A stretch of DNA of 64,000 nt from Paecilomyces variotii (lineage: Eukaryota): NCBI GenBank assembly GCA_004022145.1, contig RCNU01000005.1; one strand, 5' to 3'. This document shows, in pieces, positions 39,828-52,745 of this stretch (position 1 is its first letter; each line of letters opens with the position of its first letter). The position numbers were made by a program, and so were the translations under genes. Under the pieces are notes generated by a model that was not told the DNA's origin, did no database searches, and worked only from the letters and a program-made list of their open reading frames with translations.

Positions 39828-41608
39828 GTAAGACTTTAATATAGTTAATTTTATACTTTTATATTAATATATTAATTACAGCTTTATTCTCTAATCTTTT
39901 ATTATTAATAAGAGTCTCTATTACTCTTTAATAATAAATCTAATTTTTTTATAGAAACTTAGCAATAGCTCTTAAAATAAGGCTATTAAAAGTTTTATAT
40001 TTAACTTAATTAAAATTATCCTAAAGTATTATAATATAAGTCTTTCTTTTATTAGGTAGTATAATCTTATAAATATTTAAGTATAGTTTTAATCTCCTTA
40101 ATAGAATAAATATTAACTATAAAGCTTCTTTTATATATTCTTTATCTGCTTTTTAATATTTATTATATATCTTTATTTATTTAGTAATATATTTATATAG
40201 GCCTTTCTATTAATATTAATTAGCTATCTTTTAATAAATTACTTTATATTTATAATATTTATGCTCTTTATAAAGGGCTATAAGAATTTCTTTTTATTTT
40301 TTTTTATTATTAATAACTATATAGCAAAGCTGATTTTATTATACTTTTTAAAAAAGTATACTATCTTAAATTATATACTTTAAGGCCTCTTTCTTAAACT
40401 TAGCATACTATCCTTTATCTATATTATCTAATTTTATTATAATTTATAATTATTCTATAATTAATAAAGACTTTTCTAACTAATATAATATAGGTATTAA
40501 CTAAGGGATATTATTTAATTCTATCTTTTATATACTAGTATAATAAACCGCATAAAACTATAGGTCTAAGAATTCCTTTATATTATTATCTTCTATCTCT
40601 TTTAAGTCTTATTTTATTATTAGCTTCTAAGATAATCTATCTATAATTAAATTTTTTTTCTCTAATATATAGATAATATTAAAATTAAATAGCTAAATCT
40701 AAGCAATTTATTAAATAATTATTAATCTAGGGAGATTTATAACTATTCTATTTAATTATATTATTAGAGTTTTTATATCTATCTCTAGTTAAAAATATAT
40801 ATTATATAAGTATACTTAAAATTTATAAAATATCTTTAGTACTGCCCTATATTCTAGCTTTCTTTTATTATATTGCCTCTTTGCCTATATCTATACTTTA
40901 CTTTTATATTTAGCTAGGTATCTCTTATTAAACTCCTTTTCTTTTTAAATAAGTTAAGCCCCCTATTTATTGCTACTAATATTAGTATTAATAATAATTA
41001 TACCTCTCTCTCTATAGTTAATTAGCTTAAATATTAATATTATTATTAGGGCTACTTTTAAAGTATTTATTATTTCTTATTATTTTAGTCCCTAAAAAAA
41101 GTCTTATCCCTTTCTTAATATTAAATATATTAGCTTAGCTTTAATAATATATCCTTTAATCTATATTTAGTAATAGACTATAACTCCCAGAAATCCTCTT
41201 ACTTCTTATAAATTCTAATAAAATAGTTACTTTAAGATCTTAATTACCTTAACTAACTCGGGATATTTCCCCTTAGTATTATATATATAGCCTATTACTT
41301 TAATTCCTAATATTATAAATTATAATTTCTCTTTAATAATTATTAAACTTATAAATTTAAGACTATATAGTATCTTATTAATATTCTAGATATATTTAAA
41401 TATAAATCTTCTAATTTCTAGCAGTATCTCTTCCCCCCTATAATTAATCTTAGGTCCTTATATTAGCGTATTATTTAGAAATATATTATAGATATTAAGA
41501 ATATTATCTATTAATACTTTTATAATTTCTTATATAAATTCTTATACTATATTTATCTATCCTTAAGATAATCTAACTTAATAAATTAAACTAATCCCTA
41601 ATATATAG

Positions 41609-41936
41609 TGTTGTAGGAAGACGTGTTAAGACTTAGCATAGAGTCTTTAAGCAAGTAGGTATTAAGAAGGAAGAGAAGGGTATTCAGCTTTAGAGCTCAG
41701 AATAAAGCTAGAGGAGAAGCTCTAGCTATAAACTAACATAGTAAACTAGTAATAATCTAATACTAAACTAATACTAAATAATAATAGAAAGGAAAAGCTA
41801 ATTATTTCATTCTGAATAACTGAAAGGTAGTATCTCCTTACTCTCCTGCTTTACTTATAGACTTTATAAAGACTTTAAGCAAAAGCACATAACCTCTTGA
41901 CTAATTATATTCTTTACACCGATCCTCCCTACTACA
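41609..41936 (-). mobile_element. Solo LTR of family A inserted in the RT of the inverted copy, 4-bp TSD ATAG
   Basis: TGTTGTAGG...CCCTACTACA flanked by ATAG on both sides (41605-41608, 41937-41940). Removing it plus one ATAG restores colinearity with ~33640-33685. Confidence 0.93.
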
Positions 41937-44900
41937 ATAGAAAACTATTAAGTCCTATAATTCTTTAGCTAACTCTAACTAATTATACCTAGAGAATAAA
42001 TCTATAAGTATTAATACTAGTATTCTACTAAACTCTTTTAAGAACTTATTAGCTAAAAAGGGCAGATTAGCATCTTATATTATTATTTAATTAACTTCTA
42101 TAACTATATTAATTAGCTAATATTTATTATTTTTTTTTTATTAAAAATTATAAATTTTAGTAGGATTTTTAACTATATTTAAGAATCCCTATATTTATCC
42201 TCTCTTTTATTATTTCTTATACTATACTATAGAGTGCCTTTAATATTAGAAAGCTTTTTACCTATTATAGTTTATAATCTATAATTTAAATAATAATTAA
42301 AAATATAACTTCTAGGTATATTTATTTAATCTCTTTAAAGATTTAAGTAAAGACTATTTCTTAGGCAAAAAGCACTTTTATTAATAATTCTTTCTTTCTT
42401 AGCTATAAATTATTACCTATAATAAGGTTCTTTAAACAGTCCAGTGTTAATCTTATTCCTCTCTTAATATTTAATATTTTTAGCTAGATATATTCAGTAA
42501 ATCCTTTATATATTTTTTTTATATTTCTTTAGAGGTTTTTATAATAATATTCCCTAATAATTTCTTTTTATTTTAATAACCCCCCTAAAGCTATTATAAG
42601 TCTATTTAATATATTTGCTAAATAAACCTTTTTATATTTTTTCTTATACTATATATTAATAAAATATTTTATTTTTATAATAAAAAGATTATACTTTCTA
42701 GATAATTTATACTCTTATAACTTTTTAACTTCTTTATTTAATTTAATAGGTTTAAATATCCCTATCCCTTTATTTTTAATTTCTTTATTTACTCTAAAAC
42801 TAATATTATTTATTAAATATAGCTCCTATAGGCCTTTTTTATTCTTAATCTAATATTTATTATTCTTTTCTAGCTCTAGTTTAATAACTCTTATATTTAG
42901 GACAATAGATTATATAATACCTCTTCCCTTAACTTATTTCTTAGATTATTTATTAAAAATACCTAAATAATAGCTTAATTCTTTTAGTTTATAGAATAAA
43001 TTATACTCTTTATTATTCTATCTAATAAAGCAATATACTATAAATATACTTAATACTTAAAAGGCCGTCCTAGAATATAATTATAGTTAATCTTATTATT
43101 TACTATAAAAAAGGGACCTTATAATAAAAAGATTTTACTTATATAAGTACCTCTTTATAAAAACTTATAAAAGGGGTTTATCTGCTATCTGCTAATATTA
43201 TATTATTTTTAAATTTCTAGTTTATAATAAGTTTATAATAATTTGCTATATCTCTATATATTATATTAATTTTAGCTTTACTATTTACTATAATATTTTA
43301 TACCTTCTTATAACTATTAATTTTAATTGGCAATTTTAAAATTATAGCTATATATAGCACTTTATCTTTATTAAAAGGCTTAAATTATAAGAATATATAA
43401 ATACACTAATCTGCATTATTTACTATATACTCTATATTTAATATAGAGGTATTAAACTATACTCCTTTAATATTATAGAATATCGCCTTTATTATTACTT
43501 ACTGCAATTATAAAGTAAATAAGGCCTTATATAAATTAGGAGATAGACTAATAAGATTTTAAATTAATATTTAAACTCTAGTATCTAATATCTAGTTTAT
43601 AACCTCTATTATATTAATAATCCCTTTTAGCTTATTTATAACTTTAAACCTCTTTAACTTTTACTTCTCTTTTATCTTAATAACCTTTTTATCCTTACTC
43701 TATTTAGGCGTATTCTTTATTTTTTTTTTAATTATCTTTACTTTTTTAATTATACTTAGAGATTAATAATTATTAAATTAGTTTATCTTAATTAAAAAAA
43801 TCTCTATTTTTATTTAATTACTTTCTATAGCTTTTTTTTATATAATTATTTAATCTTGCTTTACCTTTTTTTTACTCCTTAAGGCTTATCTAATCTTATT
43901 ATATTAATAGAATAATAATTTTCTATAATATCCCTAGCTTCTTTCTTAAAGCTTAAATTATCCTTAGGCTATCTTAGTATAATTAACTAGATATTATACT
44001 TAATTAAACTAATATTCCTTTATTCTTCTTTTAGTCTTTATTTAATAATCTTCTTTTATAATATATTCCCCTATATAAAATAAATAACTTCTCTATTCTA
44101 TTCTTCCGGCCTAAAATAAAATTTATAATCTTCTTTTTAATAAATAAGCTTCTAATTTAAGAGGCTTTTTAAATCTAAGCAATAAAATTAAATATAATTA
44201 AAAGCCTAGTAAAAATTATATAAGTTTAAAGGTATTTTAAATCCTTTAATTAGGTTAAATCTTAAAAGCGCCCTAGCTTATATATTTAAGCTAGCATTAG
44301 GTATACTATTATTAGGCCTCCCTATATACTATATACTATATAGTTTTAACTTCTTAAACTCTTTTATTAACTAATTAATCTATAATTATTCTATTAACTT
44401 TACTTTAATACTCTATTATTTAGTCCTATTCTTATTCTTATTTAAATAGATTTTATTAAGTTTAATAAAAAGTTATATTTTATCTTCTTTAATTATCTTC
44501 TTTTTTATTAAAGCTATTATATCTTAATCTTTTTCTAATTTACTGCTGTTAAGATAGTAAAGAGTTTTAATTATTCTTACCCTATCTACTACTTTCTTAT
44601 AGAAATTAATATATTTAATAATAAATAAAATATAATAGTCTATATTTAACTCTTAAACTATTTATTATTTAAGCTCCTTTAAAAATCCTTAAAGATACTA
44701 AACTCCCTATAAATATTAGCTTAATTTATTTAAAATTACTAGCACTTCTAATATAGCTTAATATTTTTAATTATACTCCCTTAGGTCCTTAAAGCTATTA
44801 TATTTTATATTTTTAAACCTTTTTAGCTATTAAATATTATATTTCCTTTAATACTTATTATAATAAGCATATTTTTATTTAATTGCTTTTACTAGTTTTA

Positions 44901-45634
44901 AGTAATTCTTCTCTTTATATTTAGATTAAATATTTATCTATAATAATACTAATAGGCTATAATAATCTATAAATTATTTAATTTTTTTTTCTTTTAAGAG
45001 TTAATTCGCCTTATATAACCTTTTAAAAAGCCTTAAATAATAAGTAATATTATCCCCTTTAAAATATAATATCCTAAGATTTCTAGATATTAGTATTTAT
45101 AAAGCTAATATAATTTAGATTAGCTATATTATTAATAGTCCTATATTTTTAAATACTTAAGCTGTCTATATCTCTAGACCTAATAATATTAAAAAGCTAA
45201 AAGTCCTTTTATTTTAATTAGTATTAAAAAGATTAATACTTTTTTCTATATTTTTTTAAAAGAATAGTAATAAAAATAATAATAAGAAATTCTTCTATTT
45301 TTTAATAAATAGTTCTTATTTAATAATTTCTTATTCCTTTTAAATTTCTGTTTCTCTTTTATATTTATTAAGCTCTTCCTTATATTTAGTAATTCTTCCT
45401 TTCTCTTATTATTAATATATATTTTTATTCTATATTATATTTGCTGTCTCTATTAATTTAAGAGATATATTTATTTCTTTCTATTTATAGTAGTAATCTT
45501 CCTTAATTATTTTATTTATCTTTTTATTATTTTTTACCCCTTTCTTTAGCTTTAGCTTTAATCTTAGCTTCTAATTCTCCTTTCTCCCTTATTTCTATTT
45601 AATATTTTAATACCTCCTATATTTAGCTCTATTT

Positions 45635-45959
45635 TATTATAGAAAAATATATTAAGACTTAATATAGAGTCTTTAAGTAAGTAGGTATTAAAAAGAAAGA
45701 GAAGGGTATTTAACTTTAGAGCTTAAAATAAAGCTAAAAAAAAAAGCTTTAGCTATAGACTAATATAATAAACTAATAATAATCTAATGCTAAACTAATA
45801 CTAAACAATAATAAAAAAAAAGCTAATTATTTTATTCTAAATAACTAAAAAATATTATCTCCTTTCTCCTGCTTTATTTATAGATTTTTTAAAGACTTTA
45901 AGTAAAAGCATATAACCTCTTAACTAATTATATTCTTTATACTAATTCTCCCTACTACA
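45635..45959 (-). repeat. 5' LTR of the inverted family A copy
   Basis: Aligns to the solo LTR in the same orientation. Confidence 0.9.
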
Positions 45960-47100
45960 ATAGCTAGTAGCCTCTGCCTGCCTTTACTTTAGTCTCCCTA
46001 TTAAAGATTTTAACTAGCTACTAATATCTTATCTTATTATTAATTTAGCTATTAAAAGAGGAGGTAAAAAAGTATTTATAAATTTTAGGGTTAAATATTT
46101 AAAGCTATATATTTTATAATTCTTTTAATATAGCCTTATAGATTAAAGCTAATAATAGCAATATTCTATCTATATAAATAATAATAAGCATTATAATCTA
46201 TTCCCTATTCCTATCTTAAATTAATTATTTAATATATCCCTGCTTATAATAATAGTAAAAAAAGATTTTTTTAATTTTTTTTAAGACTCTAATTATAAAA
46301 CCCTTCTTATTTATATTATAGATATTATATAGCTTAATATTAAATTTCTATAGCTTTTAATCTATAAACTTAAAATATAGGGAATATTTAAATACAGAAT
46401 TAGCTTATTTGCGTAAGATATTTATAATAATACCCCAGGCTAATAGAAGGTCTTTCTTATATCTCTTTATAAAATATAGTGGCTACTACTGCCCGGGCTC
46501 CTTTTTAGAGATTTCTTTTATAAAATTTTATAATATTTTATATAAGGGAGGTAGGCTATATTCTGTAAGGCCATTAATCTATTTAATAAGTATTTTCTCT
46601 TACTAAATATTTAGGAATTATTAATTTTTATATTAGACTATTAACAGGCCCTAGACGCCCTTATATTATTATAATAGAGTTATTTAGTTTATACTATATT
46701 TTTTTACAGTTTTTATGTAATTAGGCTTTTTACTAGGCTTTAAAAACTTTAAATCTTTAAGAGCTAATAAAATAAGATCCATATTGGTAGTTTAGTGGGT
46801 GGTTAAATTAATTGGGGAATTTTTAAAAAAACAGTCGGCAGGTAGAAACAGTCATCAGATGACTAAACACAGTAATTTTAGACATCTTATCATCGAATAA
46901 GGCTGGCCAAGCTTTCATATAATAGGCCAAGTTATTCTTTCAGCTAGCCCCTAAACAGTCTGGCTGCCCGATGATTGAAAAAGAAAAGCAATACTTAAAA
47001 TCATCGAGGATGCCATTCCGCTGACGCCTCGTATGTTTTCTCTGCTCCGCTCTACGGGGCACAGAAAGCAGAGACAGCCGGGGGATCCCCCATACACGCG

Positions 47101-49001
47101 ATGGCAGGGTGGATGCTACACGCACTCTCATGGTTGTTGGGACTATTCCAACTAATCAGTGCAGCTGTCCTGCCGCGAGATGTGACCATTACTGTTCCTG
47201 ATGGAATCACATACTCCGCTGCCAAACACCTGCTCTGCGTGCCAACAACCTGGAGCGATGTTGCTTCATTCTTCCTTGGGAATTACCTATCTCACGCAGC
47301 CACTGTGGTATCTTTTCCAGGCGAGTCGAAATACGTCCTCATCATGAATATGGCGCTCGCTATTGTCTTTCCGGCAATGGGTGCAGCGCGCGGTCTGGTG
47401 GCCATCGTGAGACATGCCGCAACAATTTCAGACCCGGTTCAGCAAGCGCTTCGCTCACGCGCCCTGTGCATGGTAGTTCGCTCGCAGGATTGGAAGCCGC
47501 AGCGTGATGAAATGATGCATTCCCTGGCGTATGTCCCGAAGGAGCTACGGGAGGATGAGGACGGTTGCAATGGATATACCCTACTCGGTAAGTTATTGCT
47601 GGAGAACTTCCAGACAGTATAAGTAGCAAAGCTACAGAGACATAGCGCTGACACTGATACTAGCTAAGCATGCTCAGTCTGTCACAGAACATGAAAAGAA
47701 ACTGTGAGTGTCGGACCTTGTCCTTTTTCGAGAAATGTGCTTATAATGTGTCTCGTAGCAAGCAACATCAAATTCAGGTGGACATGAAAGTAGAGACGCC
47801 ACCATGGGTAGCATCAGCTGTCGACGATGTCCATCTAGAGGTGGTGCCACGACATTTTCAGATCTTTGGCACGTATCACTTGCCGCCGGGATATGAGCTA
47901 GCATACGTGCCCCCCACGGCCCTTGTTCGGACGTTGTCAGACATCAAATACTCCCTCTTCTCATCCTACAGCATGGGGTCGGCTGTGATCGCCATCATCC
48001 AGATCATATATGCGTCGGTGACCTTGTACAGATCTCGGGGGAACCAGGTCACTCAGTATGGGTACGCGTCGTTTGCTTTCACCGTCGTTCCATACCTGAT
48101 CATGTCGTTTATCAACATGCTCGGAAACCTGGTTACTCCGGCCTATGCTAGTATGTACATGGTGCACTCTGAGATGATGGATGAGGCATTGAATCGTGGT
48201 GGTCAGTTTCAGGGAATGGTGGGTAGATTGGAGTCTGCTCCCCCGAGTTCTTCAGAGTTCGCTGTATTTTCCGGTTCATTCGAGCAAGACAGTAAGAGTG
48301 ATGATGATGGATGGATTTTCAAACCAGAAGATGCAGAGGACCAGCTTGCCGGCGATAGTGAGACGTCCGTGATTGTTGAGCCGAAGGAAGCAACGCCAAA
48401 GAAAGAAGCACCAGAGCAGAATGATGAGTCTCCGGAAGGTACCACGACGAACCGCAAGTCTCGCACGGCAACATGGTTTGGTTCAATATTCCATTCAAAT
48501 CAGAAGCAGTCATCCTCGGAGACAGACGATAATGAGAAAAATCCCGCCACACGCGGCCTAATCATATGTCCAAGCTGCTACAAGTTCAAAGAGACAGCGA
48601 AGCGGTCTATTTTGACTGCAAACCATCCCGACCAGTACCCATTACCAGGCTATATCCTTTATCGACTCACACTCCTTGTCATTTCTGCACTTCCCCTAGC
48701 CGTCATCGGCGGCATGTCTCATTTCAAAGCAGGTCCTTCCAGCACCGTCGCGCAACGAGCTTGGACCATGTCCTGGCTAGCGGTAGGATCCGTGGTAGGA
48801 GGTTTGAATGCTTCTCATACTCTTGCGAAGAAGATGCAATTCGTCAAGGATGCACGTGTCCATGGTCACTTTTGGTCCAAATTGGCTGAAACTATCGGTT
48901 TCATACTTATTCTACTCGCGCTTGGGGCGCCGGCAATTGGCGGCTTTGTGGTCGTGGCACAAATGCTGCGCGACTATGGGTCTTGTCAACTGTTAGGATA
49001 G
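47101..49001 (+). CDS. Uncharacterised multi-pass membrane protein with N-terminal signal-like segment, 3 exons
   Basis: Two long ORFs joined by introns 47588..47663 and 47704..47758. Several hydrophobic segments; CVPTTWSDVASFFLGNY, QYGYASFAFTVVPYLIMSFIN, APAIGGFVVVAQML.DYGSC. Confidence 0.8.
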
Positions 49002-49159
49002 AATCAGCGATGTAGTTGTTGAGATTATAGGGAACTAATTACACAATACTTATACAATGTCCACCCACACCGAAAATGCCGTACGTTACATCCCCAGTCC
49101 CAGGGAAATCGTTTCCCACAAATCATGGGCGCTCGGTTTCTAAACCAAGACTAGGCATT

Positions 49160-50198
49160 TTAAGAGAGCTGCGGTCTGGTTCTCCTGGTTACCACGTCCG
49201 TGCCGGATGCTGTTCTAAACACAGAAGTCGACGAAGGCATCGGGTGCAAAGAGACCGGCTCTTGCACGTTGACGCACCGTTTCTTCGAACGCCGCTTGAT
49301 CCAAGGCGTGAGGTTATAGACAGCACCGCAAATAAATACACCGCACCACAGCGTCAGCTCAGTGGCATATATAACCATGCCGAGGATATCCATACTCGGC
49401 TCAAACACTTAATGGACATATTGTTAGTGAGCAGATTTTTTTTCTTCCATTATCAGGATGAATGCACCTACAGACAGACACGAGAGAAAACAAGTCTCCG
49501 GCAGCGTCAATTCCAACGAATATGAAGCTTATTCCTCTCACGGTTCGATGAACATAGATATCCCAGTAATGGGTCAGCACCCCTGCTGCCAGGAAAGCAG
49601 CGCTGAGAACCGCCATCAAGACAATAGGCCATCTGAGATCATTGTTTCTAGCAGCCAATAGTGCAAAGATCAGAGCTACTTCGATTCCTCCTAGAACCAT
49701 AAGAAGGGGTATAACAGCAGAGATGCATCGAAGCACCGAATATTTCTAACTCGATCTGTAAGCACATCGGAAACAAGGAATCGGTGAAATTGATCCGACC
49801 TTTCCATAATAAAGGCACTGTGCCCATGTGATCAGACTAAGCGTCGTGAGGATTTGAGGCTGAATCTTTAGAGCCACATTGAAGTCCTCTACGATATTAT
49901 AGACGCCGAGTGGCACACCGGCTGCGGCCCATAACAACATCATCGCCGGCTGCAAGCCTTCAGTATTATGGCGGCGATAGTTGATGAAAATTTGAGGCAA
50001 CAGCTATGCCATTGTCAGCTATAAGGAACCAATATGGACAAGGAACAGTATTTATGGCGTACCTGGATCGACCAACAGACCTGCGTGGTTAAGAGTCAAT
50101 GAAGAGATTAGGTACGCAAGTCAGTCATACCAATTCCGCAGAGAGATACTAACCGCGCCTATTGTTCCAAGAACGTCTGCTGCAATTGGAACGTCCAT
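49160..50198 (-). CDS. PQ-loop repeat membrane protein, multi-exon
   Basis: MDVPIAADVLGTIGA|VCWSIQ|LLPQIFINYRRHNTEGL; RGISFIFVGIDAAGDLFSLVS; 18-nt exon 50063..50080. Confidence 0.9.
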
Positions 50199-50721
50199 CT
50201 TTCCAGAGGCATAAGATATCCCTCTCCGGACAATTTCTACGATGAAGCTGAAATAATAATAGCAATGACAATAACAAGATGCGACGATTTAAGAGTTGAA
50301 GTGGAAAGAGATGAAGTGGCGAAGTTTCCTGAAATTCTGATTGGGTGTTCTTATCACAAGGATGCTTATCTGTGATCGCATTAATTTCTTGGTCACTAGC
50401 CTTTATTTTAGTAATTGTCTATATTTTCGACCCAAATGTATAGACATAAGGCTCAAGTTAAGCTCGGATGTAGTCATTATTATTGTTCGTGTCTGCGCAA
50501 TGGAACTGATTTCTGCGGCGCAGGAAACTGTCATATTGAGAATTGTGCCACTGAGAACAGAGGCCCGTTAACGGACGGTGAATAGGGACTCAGATACCTA
50601 TATGATTTAGATTCGAATAGCTCTTCATATGGATACAGCTAATAGGAAGAAAATACTTTGTTCCAATGATATCTTATTCCTGCATCGAGCGCATGCATTA
50701 AGACCGCTTGTCTCTGTAACT

Positions 50722-51878
50722 CTATCCACTGCAGCTCGATAGCCCTGGATCCACAGGGTCGCCGATAGAAATTCCAAAATAGATGAGATGGGCCAGATTG
50801 ATACCCTTCCCACCATTGCCAAGGCCGAAGCCCGGCTCAGAAAGGTTGCAATCCTGTGAAGAGTGTTATTAGTATATCATAATAAATTAAACATGTATAC
50901 AAATGTACTTCGGGGGAATAACAGCGGGCAAGCTGTACCGGAGGTTCATCTCCTTCGCACCGCACAGTATTTTCCACACTTGGTGGATCGTTTGCCCAAT
51001 ACTCTTCCTCGTGGTGTTGATATCCATCTGAAGTGCTTGGGATTTGAGGCACCCCATCATTCGCATGCGTCACACGAAACAATTTGCCTGGTTGGGAGAG
51101 TAAGGAGTCTATATACGCAGCCCATGATGGGTTCCCAGTCCGTGGCTGGCCGTATGTATAGGTGGTTAGTCGGTCATTGTCATCGGGGAATAAAGCATGG
51201 AGGGTCTGAGCAGCAAATACGGCGAGAGATGCCCCCATTGAGTGCCCCGTCACGCTAATGGTATATGTTGGATAGTCGGCTAGGGAAGATTTCACATCTT
51301 CAGTAACCACAGCAGCTACAGAGTTCCATTGTCGAAAGTAACCTCCATGAACCTATATCATAAGTAATAAGTATCTTGGGCACAGGGTTTATAAACTTGA
51401 ACAGAAAATCAACATGTGCATATGTAAACACATCATATACATACCGTACAATTTTCACATCCGGAAAATGGAACCAAGGTTTGATTGAAATCCGAGACGA
51501 AATCTTGCACGCTCGAGGTGCCGCGAAATGCGATAATCAGATCTTGGTGAGCATCATCCCGAAAAAGTGTAGCTTGCGTATCCGTAGTGTTGTTATTGAT
51601 ATATGAGACAACTGTTGCTCCTCCGGGAGGTATACGGCAGTCGGAAGAATATGCAGCTGCCGAGAAACGAGTATACCGGACTAGGCGGTTATAGATGTCC
51701 TCAGTGACTAATTGTATTATATAGAATGTCAGTCTATTTGGTCCTGGCAAGCATACTCGGAAACGAGAGAAGCACATAACAAGAACTTACTGGAAGAGGT
51801 GCTAGATAACCCCAGCTGAGCCCAAAAGAGCTGATACAGAAGTAATAAAGTAAGAATTGGAGACGATACTGCCGCCAT
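50722..51878 (-). CDS. Secreted class 3 lipase / feruloyl esterase A-like
   Basis: Signal peptide; IIAFRGTSS; VHGGY; VTGHSMGAS nucleophile elbow; TYGQPRTGN; RVTHANDGVPQIP; C-terminal His (AHLIYFG). Confidence 0.9.
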
Positions 51879-52745
51879 TATCCTGTCGGTCTATTTACTC
51901 TTGAACAAGTTTCTACCCCATCTTGAACGGCAATAGCGACAAAGGGGTTAAAAGCCGATTTAAACATCTCTGCGCACGCCTGTATAGGGGGGGGGGGAGA
52001 CGGCCAATTGTGCCAGCGCGCCCGAAAGACACGCCCTTTGCCATTGCAGATTTGGAGTGCCCTAGATATCCGGTAGATACCCTTGCTATTCACCCGAACA
52101 CGAGCACCGGTTCGGCACCCAAAGTATAGCGGCCTGTATATCCCTACACAATACCCAAGCTTAGAGGCGCGAGAAGTGCGGGGTATACTACTAGCTCTTA
52201 GCATCTTATATGCACCTAAAATCTAATAAACCCTTGGCAAGTATTAGCTCTAAGTAAAATCATAAGCCTCTTAAGCTTAGGTCTTCACTTCTCACGTTGA
52301 AGGCGTTGCATCCCAGTGATTATCGAACGACATTACGTTGTTCAATAAGTATGTCTCCAGCCATATTACGGCAACTCATCAGGACTTATTCCCATCCGCG
52401 AATCATATTCTCCTCTTCGTTTCGAGGGATTTTGTTGTTGCTAGCTTTGCGAGTCGTATGCTTCGCATTTCCATCCTGATTTCGTACTTCGTCTCGTCGC
52501 ATTTGACACGCCATACGGCTCAACCGAGGCATTTCGGCACATCCAAGTCGGTACGAAGGATTGAAAGTCAATTTCATACACTACTTAGTTAACTAACAGA
52601 GGATATTGATCAGCGGTTACGTTAACTAACTATGGTTAAGTTAGCTCACAAACCCATTAACTGGCCAACAATTGGTTATGTATGTACTTCACTCTCGTAA
52701 CTCAGGCTTGCTTCTGATATCCCTCTTATTTACAATGATGCTGGA

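Larger units (their letters stand above)
39828..45959 (-). mobile_element. Inverted, 3'-truncated second copy of family A (5' LTR, gag, PR, RT, RNase H, part of integrase)
   Basis: Reverse complement of 29626..~35436; for example 39828 gtaagactttaatatagttaatt matches ~35415-35436. 5' LTR at 45635..45959 ending ccctactaca. Confidence 0.9.
22360..46780. repeat. ~24.4 kb AT-rich, RIP-mutated nested retrotransposon block
   Basis: Abrupt shift to very high AT, strong TpA excess and near absence of CpA/TpG/CpG. No ORF of 60 aa or more in the track between 22.3 and 46.4 kb. Retroelement motifs become readable after reversing C>T/G>A. Confidence 0.95.

Noticed and set aside
45960-46780. Possible continuation of the copia gag or a DNA transposon remnant; ORF 46409..46606
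   Set aside because: No diagnostic motif or TIR is readable; the ORF is likely chance in AT-rich DNA.
51985-52290. Possible solo LTR upstream of the lipase gene (G-run, TA-rich, AATAAA)
   Set aside because: No TSD, no second copy in the window and no clear termini.
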